From: Bigelowiella natans CCMP2755
Lineage: Eukaryota; Protista; Cercozoa
Direction of reading: 5' to 3'
DNA: 59,813 nucleotides
Assembly (NCBI GenBank): GCA_000320545.1
Contig: ADNK01000441.1
Location: 1 to 59,813, forward strand
Shown here: in pieces, positions 40,205 through 51,753 of the stretch
How the letters are laid out: each line of letters begins with the position of its first letter
Position numbering within the stretch: position 1 is the first letter of the stretch
Program-made: the position numbers and the translations under genes
The notes under the pieces: model-generated
Told to the model about the DNA's origin: nothing
Seen by the model: only the letters and a program-made list of their open reading frames with translations
Databases searched by the model: none

Positions 40205-42068
40205 CTACTGTATTACCAGCTCTTTGAGTGGGAAGCCATTGTCATCGCTGGTGTCCTCGTCTTTATCGGGATTCTTTGGCGCCTGTAGCCAGCTCATCTT
40301 GAGTTCGGTGTTCCACCAATCACCTGAGAATTTGAAAATTTTGCCATACACTAGACTCGACCAAATGACGAGGAAAACGCCCAAGACGAAGGATGGGCCC
40401 GTTGTGAATCTAAGTGAGGGTATTGGGACAGCGGTGAGAAGGATATGGAAGGTATAGAGCTTGAGGTGCTTACCCAAAGAGAGGCACCGATATGATGGTC
40501 GCCAAGACGGTGGACAAAGCGTTGGAGAAACCCTTGATGATATTATCGCCGTACCTGCATAAATCATTAACGACAAAGAACAGAAGAAGATTAGGATGAT
40601 AGCCACCGATAAGAGGACACTGATGATGCTGATGATGCTGATGATGATGTATGGTGCACATGACGGTGTGTCCTGCTAACAGTGGAGTGGCATACCCTCG
40701 GCGTTATAGATTATCATTTTTTCTAAGAGCTTGATGTGCACGCGCATTTGCGGTGAGTGGTGTGTGCGTGTGTTTGTTTTGCACTGACTTAACAATGAGC
40801 GCCACAAGGAGTCCTCCACAGGCGTTGTTGAATGCCAGGGCTATGACGGACCCGTTAAACCCCCTAAATGGGTTCTGTGCGTCATATGTTGGCGAGATAA
40901 TCACCACTGGGAGCCTGAGAGAGGGGGGAACGGCGGGATACCAAAGGTAGCACGAGTAGGTAGAAACCAGCAAGACTCAAATAGAAGCCACACATTCTTA
41001 TCATCCTTCAGTGTTTTCGCTCGAATTCTGTAATCCCCAAGAATGCATGTGACAATTTTATTATTTTGTTTTTTATGTGATGTTGTTGCCAACCCAAGTA
41101 TTATCGTGAACATGGCCAACTGGATATTTCGCACCCACAACGATGGCTTCTTGGCCCCCTATCGTTGCGTTTGTTCGTCAGAAGTGGCGGAGTGAGCGTA
41201 TATGATGTAACACTATGCAGATACAACACGACTGACATATCCCATTTCCTTTGAGGAGGAGATAATAAATTTGTTCCCCACATGTGCATTAGTATCCTTT
41301 CCTTCCCCCCAAGTATTTCACCACCACCGTTACCTCTGCAGTCTTCACCATCTTTTCGAAATACACGTTAGCAAATCCAGAGCAGCACGCTGCAATAACT
41401 ACATACATCAATCCAAGGAACATGTCTCCTCCTAATTCTATGGATGAGGAGTCTGCTGCAGCAGCTTCTCTAGACCTCGAATCGCTGGAGCTCGAGGTTT
41501 GGACCTGTGGGGATGATGACGGGGAAATTACTGCCATGATTCACAGATAAATCGTTGTGTTTCTGTTTATAATATCATTTTTTTAACTTCTTATTACCAA
41601 TGCGACCCCAACTGCGAGGAAGCAGATTCCTAGCCACTTGAACCGCTCCAAGCGGCGACCGAGCATCAAGACAGATAGCAGTGCCACGATGAATGTTTTC
41701 CCTTGATAGGTTACCTGGAACACTGCTGCGGGGAGGTATGTATTCGACTGCTGGATGCAGTTGTTTTGGATGAAAAACAGTACCGCAGGTACGGCGAGAC
41801 GAAGTGTTGAAGTAGGGCGGGACACAATCTCCGAGTTTAAGGTTGAAACCAACCTTCCCAGGCCGACCTCGTTTCCGAGGAGGAGCAGCGACGCGATTAA
41901 CTTGGTGGTTTCTTGGATGACCACCATAAGTGGCACACAATAAGGATCGCCAGCTTCTGAGGTGCGAGCATACCGGGTCATCAGGGGGACGGATGCATTC
42001 TGGAAGGTCAGGATGATGAACACTGCACTGCGAATGGTCGCCTCGGATAGGAAGCCCTGAGTCTTCAT
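40205..42068 (-). CDS. Nucleotide-sugar transporter, SLC35A type (UDP-Gal/UDP-GlcNAc/CMP-Sia family); multi-exon
   Basis: FQNAS...MTRYAR, ETTKL, LAVPAVLFFIQNN, FQVTYQGK, SGFANVYFEKMVK, SLWVRNIQL, GGLLVALIVK|YGDNIIKGF; GT-AG junctions are phase-compatible. Confidence 0.92.
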
Positions 42069-42452
42069 CGTCACCCTGCTGAAAGCATCAGACAGTTAGA
42101 CCATCACGAACACAATAAACCTCATAAACACACGCCTCTGAGCAAGATGCACATTGAACCACCGTGGAGAGTCTCACTGGCGGAGTGGACGTCGCGTGGC
42201 TCAGGCCTCGATGGAGAATCTGCTCTATTTTTGGATTACGTAACCATCGTACGATGACGAAAAATCGTTGTCGCACCACAAGAATTCGCAGACTTTGTTT
42301 TTTTAATTTTACGTCGCAGATGCCTAATTCCCAACTGCGACAACCTCCACCACCCACCACAAACACATCCAGAATTATCTAGGGACCCTATTTGGATTTC
42401 TCCGGGTACCTACCTACGTCGCCTAAACATCGAGCCATAGGCGTGGACTCTG

Positions 42453-43153
42453 ATGCCCCCACCCTCCCCTCCTCCCACCCCGCCAGCCGAATCCACTTCG
42501 CCTAAGCCTATGCAAGGGAATAGGCATGGTTCTGGGGAGAGAGTCGGGAAAAAGAGGGCACAGAGCGCCTCTACTGCGCACCTTTGTGGTGGTCTGGCTG
42601 CTGGTTTTGCTTCGACTTCGCTCCTTTACCCCCTCGAGGTGCCTCCATAGTATTCTTTGATAAGCATCGGTCATTTGTTGAGAGATGTGGAGTGAATATG
42701 ATGCGGGAAACGGATGAGGGGATCCATTCATTCATCGACTCCTTCCGAGCACGCGCCACGTGTTTCCATAATAGAAACCTGAGTCAATATCATCATACAT
42801 TGATCCAAGCTCCTCATCTATTCCTGTTCTCCTCCCCCCAACACTCTGGCTTATTTAATCACAGCTCGTGAGGACACGGTTTCAAGCTAACTTCACGTAT
42901 CGAGGCACCTTCCCTGCGGTAAGAATTGGCGAGAGTGCATGAATGCAATGTGGGTGTTGTCGTCTGAGTTCATGGTCCCTGAAAAGGACTACAACATTGT
43001 CTCATGAAACAGGTGTGGGAGATATTTCGCTCTGGTGGAGTGAAAGATTTATACCGAGGATATCTACCCGGAATTGTGGGATCGACGTTGGCATGGGGGT
43101 CTACACGCGACACAGACACAACACACTATATTACATATGTGTATACTTATATG

Positions 43154-43207
<54 letters not shown>

Positions 43208-45366
43208 GGGCGCACCACTTAATAGAGAGTTCTTCTGGCTTTACGGCTCCATAAAGGAAACTCTTCAGAACAACCGGTAGATGATGCGAAGATTGTTACG
43301 CATGTACGTGTGTGTATGACTGTGTGCGCACGGATGTTTGTGAATATTAAAAATTGATTGACAATATAAAAGCAACGAACGGCTGTCACCGCTCCACCAT
43401 CTAATGGCATCGTTCACTTCGGGGGTCATCGTTCAACTATCTCTATGCCCCATATGGGTCATCAAGAATAACCAGCAGCTCGGTAGTTGTCTCGTCGATG
43501 CTGTTAAACAGGCAGTGTCGCGTTTGCCATCCTTTTCATTAATAAAATTTTCTCCTTCTCCCCCCTTACCAAACATTCTTTCCACTGGTGGTACTCTGTC
43601 CACAGGCAACTTCAATTCGTTTGGGGAGGGCGTTCGGCACCTCTATCACAAAGAGGGTATTCGTGGCTTCTACCGTGGACTTACCCCTGGGGTGTGTGCA
43701 GTACGCTAGCATGTATGGAAAGAGAGCGGGGGGAGGGGATAGAGGGGTGAAGAAACAGGGTCGAACACCCCTGACATTTAGATTTAAGTCTATTGTTCCA
43801 AATGATTTGCTCTTTTACATCGTTTCGATAGACCCATTTGATTGAACCCCCTCCCCTTTCTATGTGCTTTGGTATCAACAGATCTTCAGCTCCATCCAGG
43901 GTGGGGTGCAGTTTCTGGTAGACCTTTAGATATACAATGCATTGTTTATATTGATGTATTTCCCCCTTAAAACTACTCTCAAATCCTTTTGTTTTGATGC
44001 AATAAGCAACAGCTCCTTTATGATTTCAATGCTGCTGCTGCTCTGATGCTGCCGCTGCTGTAGGTGTATGAAGAATGTCGCCATCTAGCCATACAATCCA
44101 GGCATCATCGTTCCGACGCTGGAAACTACGATAGAAGAGGAGGAGGAAAGAGGAAAGTGGCCCGCAATGTAATTATTGAGTCGTTCGCATCACATGTTGT
44201 CGATTGGAGTAGCTGCTGATTAGTCCAACTATTCTCTGATGAGAGTCATTTTGATAGCACTTTCCATTTGGGATGGCAAACTAGCTGCTCTCTAACACAA
44301 TTGACTGACATCTCAGCTGATTCATTTCACTGTGTAGGATAATGAGTATCTACCGGTGCCGATTACGATGGCATGTACGATTGCTTCCAAAACGGTGCGT
44401 CCATGATCTATGCATTGAGCTTTGCATGCTATCACTGATGCGTGTGTGTATGTGTTTGTGTCATGCTTGTGCATGTGTGTGCTTGTTGGCACTCCCAGGC
44501 GCCCATACGTAGGACACACACACGCAATAAAACAACCTATACATATACATGAATAATATTAATATATTTTAAATTTATATAATATTGCATACAGGTGGCC
44601 ATGTTCGTAACAAATCCGATTGAAGTAGTGAAAGTTCGCATGAGACACGTTGGCGCTGGAATCGGTCGCAATCCCTCTCCCCGTCTTCTTAAAATAGAGA
44701 GAAGTAGAAAAAGAAGAAGAAGGAAGACCAGTCCTGTTCCCGAGTTGTGTGAATGTGAATAGCTTGCTTTGAAGGATGATCACTTTTCGATGATGTCATC
44801 TATCATCTATCCTCACTCGATAACTAGTTTCATGTTTTGTTTAAGAATTAGACTCGCGTGTGCTCATTGAGGCCTCTCACCTTCGATTCTTAATAACCAC
44901 AGAATACACCAACGTCTACGACTCTGTCCGAGCCATAGCGAAGGGAGAGGTATCCTCCAGCGTTCTATGCAATACTACAGTTTTCTTTCCTACGACAATG
45001 AGTTTTGAATAGAAAAAGAAGAGAGGAGGAGGGAGTGTTAAGATTACATAATCAGCGACATTTCTGTACTATTCACCTCCAAAATGGGATTTGACTTTGA
45101 CAAATCCATATATTCTGCACCAAAATACGCAGGGAATCTTTGGATTCTACAAAGGGCTCAGGACAAATTTGATTCGGCTCCTGCCTGCACAGTACGTTCA
45201 TGAAACAATAAAACCTACATTGTTCACCTCTCCACTTCCTCCCCTTCTCTATTTTGCCCATTCACTTTCTTACTTCATTGTTGCGTTTTATATACAAAGA
45301 TGCACCACATTCACGGTTTATGAAGGCGTAAAAGCTCACATGCTGCAGAAGCAACAGAGTGGTTAA
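42453..45366 (+). CDS. Mitochondrial carrier, folate/FAD (SLC25A32-like); multi-exon
   Basis: Three carrier repeats YPLE|LVRTRFQ, CPIWVIKNNQQL (W at the signature position, as in folate/FAD/NAD carriers) and NPIEVVKVRM; GSTLAWG, GFYRGLTPG, GFYKGLRTNLIRLLPA, TFTVYE. Confidence 0.88.
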
Positions 45367-45649
45367 CACGTCGCACCTGGAATAGCAGTCTTTAACAATG
45401 TGTGGATTTGCATGATTTGAAGCCTCTAGATTGTGTTTGCACATTCAGACAGAGGTCAGAGATGACACAGGAAGTCATGAAAACCATGTGCATAACTAGA
45501 TGATGTGACCGCTATCTGACGAGTCGCAATGTCCAAAGGGTGGCGCGCTGCACACGTTTGCAATCCTTCATTGCTAGCTTGGTCTGTCTGGCGATGTTGC
45601 ATGCTAGCATGTAGCGCACAGCGTCGGCACCATTTTGCAGTGTGATTAC

Positions 45650-46363
45650 GGCACAGGCTGTGTCAATGCACAATGTGTCCAGTTGAAAAATGCGCAGCTA
45701 TGCGCATGATCTAGATGCTCATGCAATGCACATGAATCAATGAAATCACTCTTGTTGCTTTCTTTGATTCTTTCCATGTTGTGTGTTGTGCAATGTGTCA
45801 ACTTGTTGCTAGCTGCCACTCTGGCACTGCAATGCGCTTGCGATGACATGACAATGGAGGGGCGAAGCGGCATACCAGCTAGCCAGCACAATGGCTAGAT
45901 CTAGAGATGGCTAGCGCGATCTGGAAAAGTTCAGGGAAAGTCTCGTGTGTTCGTGCTGCATCATCAGAAACAAACGAGTGCAACTTGAGAGACAACACTT
46001 GCACCTCGATTTCTTGTTCTTCCCATGCTCCTCCGGATCTAGGGATGTGTGTGTTCAAGGCCTTTCTCTGAAGTTCCTGCTCCTCCACGTGGTGTTCAGG
46101 CGGCCTGCCTAGCTGTGAGCACTCGTCGTGCACCTGCTTCGCTGCAGCAAAGTCGTCCGTGCCCTGCTGAACACTTTGCAGATTCGTGAGGGGAAGAAGA
46201 CGAACAAGCACCATGCCACTTTAAAGAAAGAAAGAAAGAACGCAATTGATGATGGACCACACTTCCAAAATGTTGCAGGACACTTGCAAAGCACCACTCT
46301 AGCACTGCGGTGCTCTCGTCTTCAGCACCGTGTTCACACATTCGAGTCGAAACGGGAGCTTCG
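45650..46363 (-). pseudogene. TpA-depleted decayed gene-like sequence interrupted by the LTR element (continues ~52080-52172)
   Basis: The 111-aa frame 45879-46214 has no Tyr and many His/Cys. Removing the element and one TSD joins ATG 52172 in frame to ORF 46341-46096, which is weak evidence because TA loss removes stop codons. Confidence 0.35.
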
Positions 46364-46689
46364 TGTAGCGCGTACCACTACGCGGGCACAAGTCACGTGC
46401 GACAACAAAGGGGTTGTCGCGGATATAGAATATAGATAACGTAGATATTAATACAGCATAGGCACGTGGGTTCCGGCGGGACTCATGGCAGCACACCGGA
46501 AGTGTGCTGCCCCACGTGCGGCGGCATTCGCGAAAGCTTCGCGAATGATTACGCAGTGCACGATTTAATAAAAATATAATCTTTAATAAAAATAAACACA
46601 ACTCTTCAAAAGGAAGCAAACGTGCCTTTCCCCCCCCCTGCCTACTTGTGCACGTAGCGCCTCGGCCTGTGAACACCTTACGCGCAACA
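46364..46689 (+). repeat. 5' LTR
   Basis: tgtagcgcgta...tacgcgcaaca (10/11 terminal inverted match); direct repeat of 51754-52079; duplicated tttaataaaaata poly(A)-signal-like motif. Confidence 0.97.
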
Positions 46690-46694
46690 ACCTT

Positions 46695-46712
46695 TGGCTT
46701 CCACACACGGGA
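46695..46712 (+). promoter_or_regulatory. Primer-binding site (tRNA 3' end complement, Glu/Asp-like)
   Basis: TGGCTTCCACACACGGGA begins 5 nt after the 5' LTR; TGG start; tRNA identity is inferred. Confidence 0.7.
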
Positions 46713-46728
46713 AACGATTTGACTAACA

Positions 46729-49700
46729 ATGTCACAGCAGCTAGAAGAACAGCAGGACTTTGGCTCGCAGGCCGTGCAAGGGCACGAGCAGAAACAGGAA
46801 AGGAAGGGCGATACGGACGCTAAGGAAGGAGGAGGAACACCTCCACAGGCACCGCCGGGACCAGCACCCGGGATTAAGAAAGCAGATGCAGCAGCAGAGG
46901 CACTGGAGAACTTCTACGAGGCGGACGACGAGGACGTGGCCGCCGAAAGCAAGAAGGTCGTAATGGCATTACGAGCCTTGCGACCCAGGGCGAGCAACTA
47001 CGCCAAACTGAAAGTATCGATAGAATACAAGTATCAGACACATGATGTTTGGGCAGCTATCATGCAGGACATCATGGATTACGAAGCAGACTTACCTCCA
47101 GAGTGGGCAGCTTTGTTTAGGAACGACGGGGGTCTGGGCGCCTCGCGGGGGACGACCCAGAGCACCGTCAAGCAGCAGCAGCCGGTACAGCGGAACACCC
47201 AGTTCATGTCTGTTAAAACAGCACCGGTTATGATAACGAAATACAACGGGAAAAGAGGTGAGGCAAGGAGGTGGTGGAAGAACGCTAGGAGTATACTCTG
47301 CGACTTTACCCCTAACCCCACCGAAAACGACAAGCTCAAATGGCTAGCTATAATAAAGCAAGCCATGGACCTTTACGAGACAGGCAGGACCCGGATCAGG
47401 CAGCTAGAGAAAATACACACTACAGTTAGTGGGCTACGAGACGTTGAGGCGATAATGAAGGCTTTTGTAAATGAACAGGATGCTAACTCCCTACCCCAGG
47501 CTATTAGAAAATACAGAGCAATGATGCAGCATGAGAGAGAACCTGTTAGAGACTTTGCCACGCGCTTCCAGGATATGATCGACGAACTACATGATTTTAA
47601 TTACAACACAGGTGATGATCAGGCAAGGTTTGAAGAGTTCAAGTTAAAGATAAAGGAATCCACTTACGTTACGGAGAAAGGCTACACCACGATGGAGGCA
47701 GCAGTGCAGGCTATATCCCTACGCGAGCAGGAGCAGGACCGCAAGTTTACCAGCCCTAAGGTACCTGGCATAGGAAACATTAACGCTATTAAGCCGCAGC
47801 GAGACTGGTACAAGGACAGGGAAGGTAACCGACGTTGCGGATACTGCTCACGTAAAGGGAAACACACCGCTAAAGACTGCAGAGACAGGAAAGAAGGACG
47901 ACCCAGGATGACGATCAGGCAGCTCAACGAACACTACGAGAAGTTAAAGAGAAAGAAAGGCAGAGGACAAGGATATAACAACAGCAAATGGCAAGGCAGC
48001 AACAACGGGAAGAACAATAAATATAAGAACAAAAAGCAGAACAGTATCAATGCTATACAGCAGCAGATAAACGGAATATTAGATCACCTTAAGCAGGCGC
48101 CGACGAAGACAGCAGTACCAGCAACGCAGGACCAAGACAAGCCCATGACCCTAGACGACATAAAGAACTTAGGAGTATGCAACATTAATGACGAAGACGC
48201 TAACAGGACTATCAAAGTTGCTATGACCAAGGTTAAAGTTAAAGACAGCTACGGAGACTACAAGAAACTACCTGCCCTTTGGGATAGTGGCAGCATGCCG
48301 AAGTCCTTCATAAGCCTAAGCACAGTAAGAAGGTTAGGACTATTGGATCAAGTGACTAAGAAAGAACGTAAATATGCTCAAGCAGACGGAAGCTCTTCCA
48401 TGAAGACCGTCGGTGAGCTAATGCTAAAGCTACAGATACCTGGCAGCGACGCGGAGACCCAAATCAAGACCCGAGTAGCCATGACTTTATCCATGGAACT
48501 ACTCCTCGGACAGGATGCCCTAGAAAAATTAGGGGGGATCATATCATTCTACAATCACAAGATATACTTTGCTAAGTTGCCAAAGAAGTCAGGCAGGACC
48601 ATCAGCCAGAACATGATACGGCTTGACGAGTGGACCTCTGAGTCAAGCGTTAATGCGTTAGAGTTTATGGACCTAGCGGACAACAAGCTACCTACACCTA
48701 CCGAGCTACGGAAGAAGAACCCCGGCAAGACCATCCGACAGATAACGGAGCTACTGGACAAGACCCCCCCAGCTGATGATTGGGATATCGACAAAGGCAA
48801 AAAGTACATTAATAAAATATTAAACGAGAAGTACTCTGACATCACCAAGCCGACGACGAAGCCCTCCAGCAAGCTTACCCCAGTAAAGATCGAGCTAAAG
48901 AAGGGATACGAAGAGTGCATCATCAATGACCCAGAACATAGGCGACCGGAAGCGGACTGGGAAAAGATAGAGTGGCAGATCAATGAATGGGCAAAGGAAG
49001 GGAAGATAGAGCCAAGCAACTCACCATGGAACGTGAGACATGTGCTAGCTAAGAAACCTACTTACCCTTTCTTCCGCCTGGCGCACAACTTCATCCGCCA
49101 CAACCGAGTAATAAAGAGGATCCAGACACCTACACCAAGGATAGATGACGTTATTGAACACGTCATAGGATACAAATACTACTCTTCCCTAGATAAAAAT
49201 GAATCATACATGCAGACACCCATCCACAAAACCTCCCGCCCCATTACCGCGTTCTCCAGCAGGCACAGGAAGTGGCACTTCGTCGTATTCCCTTACGGCC
49301 TAAGCATATCAGGGGATGCGTTCAGTAGTCAGAACTACAGGGCATACACACATGATGGGATGGCGTCTGTGTTGTGGGTGTTTGTGTTTGTGTATGTGGA
49401 TGATGACATAATATGTACCAACACAGTCGTCGCTCAGATCTTCCTCCTGGAAAATATATTTATTAGGTTTGCACACTTCGGTTTTACTATTAGACTGCAG
49501 AAGTGTACATTCCTAGCTACAAGAATCAAGTGGTGTGGATATTACCTGGAGCAAGGCCGCATCACCCCAAACCCCGAGAAAGTAGCAGCACTACAGCAAG
49601 CCCCTAAACCTAAGAATGCAAAGGAGTTAAAGTCATTCTTGCAGACTGCAGCTTGGATACTACGTAGGTTCTCCCCTACCTACGCTAGGACTGCAGCTGC

Positions 49701-51702
49701 TTTTACTACTGCTTACCGGAAGGAGAACTCTGTAGGCCTCAGCTTCGCTAAGGTGTGGGCCAAGGCTGGCCTTGATGCCCACTTCGATAACCTAATAAAG
49801 TTATGCAGCAACACCCTATTGAATGCTAAGCTAGACACTACTAGACCAGCTACCCTATGGACAGACTGGTCTAAGCTAGGTATGGCTGCTGTACTTACCC
49901 AAGACCAGCAGATCATACGGGTGTGGGGCAGGGCCTGCACAGCAGCTGAGGCCAAGTACAGCCCTACAAAAGGAGAGTATAAAGCCATGACTGAGGCGCA
50001 GAGGAAACTAAGATACTACCTGCTGTCGGTGCCCAGCTTCACCTTAATGACTGACCACAAGCCCCTCCTAGGCATCGACCGCAAGCTCGAAGCGCCTAAC
50101 GATGAGTATGCAGCTATGAGGGCGGACACGGAAGAGTTTAGGGACAAGAGGACAGTGGTCTACGCACCAGGAGACAAGCAGCTTGCTGACTATTTCAGCA
50201 GGCTGTTCGAAAAGAAAGTCCCTACCCAGGTCACCCCTATGGTTAACGCGATTACCTTCGAGGACGGCGACTTCCTGCCTGAGCCAGAGGAGCTCCAGCA
50301 CCTTCAAGAACACCTGGATAAATACAAACACAAGCATGAGGTACTTAGTGATAGGATATATGTATACACTAATAATGTTAGGCGTACCTACGTGCCACGG
50401 CGGACCAGGGGAGCCCTTCTCTTTACCGCCCATGGACCTGCACACGTAGGAGAAAACCATATCACTGCTCTACTCTACCATTACTACTGGCCCTACAAGC
50501 TAAAAGAGATAAGGACATACCTGCGTGGCTGCAGGTGCTCCAGCTTGAAGGCGGCAGGCGTCGCCACCAAGGAGTCCAGCAAGAGCCGTGCATCTAAGAA
50601 AATCAAAGCAAGGAACTTCTTAGATATCGTGCAAATTGATGTTTATAAGTACGATGGCTATCACTACCTTACCTTCGTTGATGTGGCCACTGGAAAGTGC
50701 TGGGTTAAAAAGATTATCAAGGTCAACGTTGCTAAGAAGAACAAAGGCTTATATAAGCAGAGGCTTACTAACTGCTACCGTACCTGGGAGTCTGAGCTCC
50801 AGGCTATCCCTGATGAAGTTAGCATAAACAAGATACCAAAGAAGTTACATGTGGATAATGAGACCTCTCTTCTACAGCTACCACACCCTAATATTGATGC
50901 CTCACCTGTATACTATGCCCAGTCCAACTCCAAGGTAGAGCGACTCCACCGCACCTTGGCCAACCTAAGCAGGATAAATAGCACCACACCAGACAAGATA
51001 CAAGGGTTAGTAAACGACACCTTCACGTCTGGGGGAGGTATCAAGGATAAGGAGAGGGAAGAAGGCGACGACAACGACGACGATACCGAGAGCGAAGACG
51101 AGAAGGTCCCGTACGATGGCCGAGTTCTAAAGGAAGGACAGTATGTTAGGGCCAAGGTAAATCTGAGATCGAGAAATAAACAAGACCCCTTCTGGGGTGG
51201 CGTTGCAAAGGTTACCGAGAGGAAGGGGAGGAAGCAGTACTACATCTATGATGGGAACAGGGTCACCTTGCGCCACATCAGTCACCTAAAGAATTATGAT
51301 ATCGGTGAGAAGCTCCTAGAGGATGTTAAAGTAAACCCTACTGTGTGGGAGCGAGCAATGCCTTGTTTAGGACCCCGACCTAAGTTCGATGTGGAATATG
51401 GAAACAATAAGGTCAGGGTGAACGACGATTGGCGCATGAAGATTGTCTATCTAGGCTACCCTGGATTACGAAATATGGAGAGGGTAGCTATGAAAATAAA
51501 GGACGGAAAATATCAGCTACTCTACCTAGCTGTTCCCGACTTACCCTTTGAGCACTGGTATAAGGTCCTGGGGGACCTTGATGCAGAGGGCTGGTATGGA
51601 CACGAACCTAAGGACGAAGGTGAGTTCTGGGTAAGCGACAAAGGAGATAAGGTTAGAGAGGAATCTATTACCTGGTGGTTGGTGAAGTTCCGAAAGCGAT
51701 GA
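46729..51702 (+). CDS. Gag-Pol polyprotein, 1657 aa, with an extra C-terminal domain
   Basis: Zinc knuckle CGYCSRKGKHTAKDC; protease ALWDSGS; RT SPWN, PYGL, YVDD; RNase H TDWS, TDHKPL, ADYFSR; integrase HGPAH..CRC, QIDV, FVDVATG, HVDNE, SKVERLH; SH3/GPY-like tail; then ~125 extra aa. Confidence 0.96.
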   Translation: MSQQLEEQQDFGSQAVQGHEQKQERKGDTDAKEGGGTPPQAPPGPAPGIKKADAAAEALENFYEADDEDVAAESKKVVMALRALRPRASNYAKLKVSIEYKYQTHDVWAAIMQDIMDYEADLPPEWAALFRNDGGLGASRGTTQSTVKQQQPVQRNTQFMSVKTAPVMITKYNGKRGEARRWWKNARSILCDFTPNPTENDKLKWLAIIKQAMDLYETGRTRIRQLEKIHTTVSGLRDVEAIMKAFVNEQDANSLPQAIRKYRAMMQHEREPVRDFATRFQDMIDELHDFNYNTGDDQARFEEFKLKIKESTYVTEKGYTTMEAAVQAISLREQEQDRKFTSPKVPGIGNINAIKPQRDWYKDREGNRRCGYCSRKGKHTAKDCRDRKEGRPRMTIRQLNEHYEKLKRKKGRGQGYNNSKWQGSNNGKNNKYKNKKQNSINAIQQQINGILDHLKQAPTKTAVPATQDQDKPMTLDDIKNLGVCNINDEDANRTIKVAMTKVKVKDSYGDYKKLPALWDSGSMPKSFISLSTVRRLGLLDQVTKKERKYAQADGSSSMKTVGELMLKLQIPGSDAETQIKTRVAMTLSMELLLGQDALEKLGGIISFYNHKIYFAKLPKKSGRTISQNMIRLDEWTSESSVNALEFMDLADNKLPTPTELRKKNPGKTIRQITELLDKTPPADDWDIDKGKKYINKILNEKYSDITKPTTKPSSKLTPVKIELKKGYEECIINDPEHRRPEADWEKIEWQINEWAKEGKIEPSNSPWNVRHVLAKKPTYPFFRLAHNFIRHNRVIKRIQTPTPRIDDVIEHVIGYKYYSSLDKNESYMQTPIHKTSRPITAFSSRHRKWHFVVFPYGLSISGDAFSSQNYRAYTHDGMASVLWVFVFVYVDDDIICTNTVVAQIFLLENIFIRFAHFGFTIRLQKCTFLATRIKWCGYYLEQGRITPNPEKVAALQQAPKPKNAKELKSFLQTAAWILRRFSPTYARTAAAFTTAYRKENSVGLSFAKVWAKAGLDAHFDNLIKLCSNTLLNAKLDTTRPATLWTDWSKLGMAAVLTQDQQIIRVWGRACTAAEAKYSPTKGEYKAMTEAQRKLRYYLLSVPSFTLMTDHKPLLGIDRKLEAPNDEYAAMRADTEEFRDKRTVVYAPGDKQLADYFSRLFEKKVPTQVTPMVNAITFEDGDFLPEPEELQHLQEHLDKYKHKHEVLSDRIYVYTNNVRRTYVPRRTRGALLFTAHGPAHVGENHITALLYHYYWPYKLKEIRTYLRGCRCSSLKAAGVATKESSKSRASKKIKARNFLDIVQIDVYKYDGYHYLTFVDVATGKCWVKKIIKVNVAKKNKGLYKQRLTNCYRTWESELQAIPDEVSINKIPKKLHVDNETSLLQLPHPNIDASPVYYAQSNSKVERLHRTLANLSRINSTTPDKIQGLVNDTFTSGGGIKDKEREEGDDNDDDTESEDEKVPYDGRVLKEGQYVRAKVNLRSRNKQDPFWGGVAKVTERKGRKQYYIYDGNRVTLRHISHLKNYDIGEKLLEDVKVNPTVWERAMPCLGPRPKFDVEYGNNKVRVNDDWRMKIVYLGYPGLRNMERVAMKIKDGKYQLLYLAVPDLPFEHWYKVLGDLDAEGWYGHEPKDEGEFWVSDKGDKVREESITWWLVKFRKR

Positions 51703-51745
51703 AGGTCTAAGGGAATAAGGAAGGAAGGAAGGAGCAACGTGACTT

Positions 51746-51753
51746 GGGGGAGG
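51746..51753 (+). promoter_or_regulatory. Polypurine tract
   Basis: GGGGGAGG directly abuts the 3' LTR; a longer purine run lies at ~51709-51734. Confidence 0.75.

Noticed and set aside
46445-46560. Known ribozyme (hammerhead, HDV-like, twister) in the LTR
   Set aside because: No CUGANGA/GAAA core on either strand; HDV P3/L3 and twister conserved residues could not be placed.
51298-51702. Chromodomain or env after integrase
   Set aside because: No chromodomain pattern (Y.V..I, YlVkW.Gy, TWEP), and no signal peptide, transmembrane segment or separate ORF.
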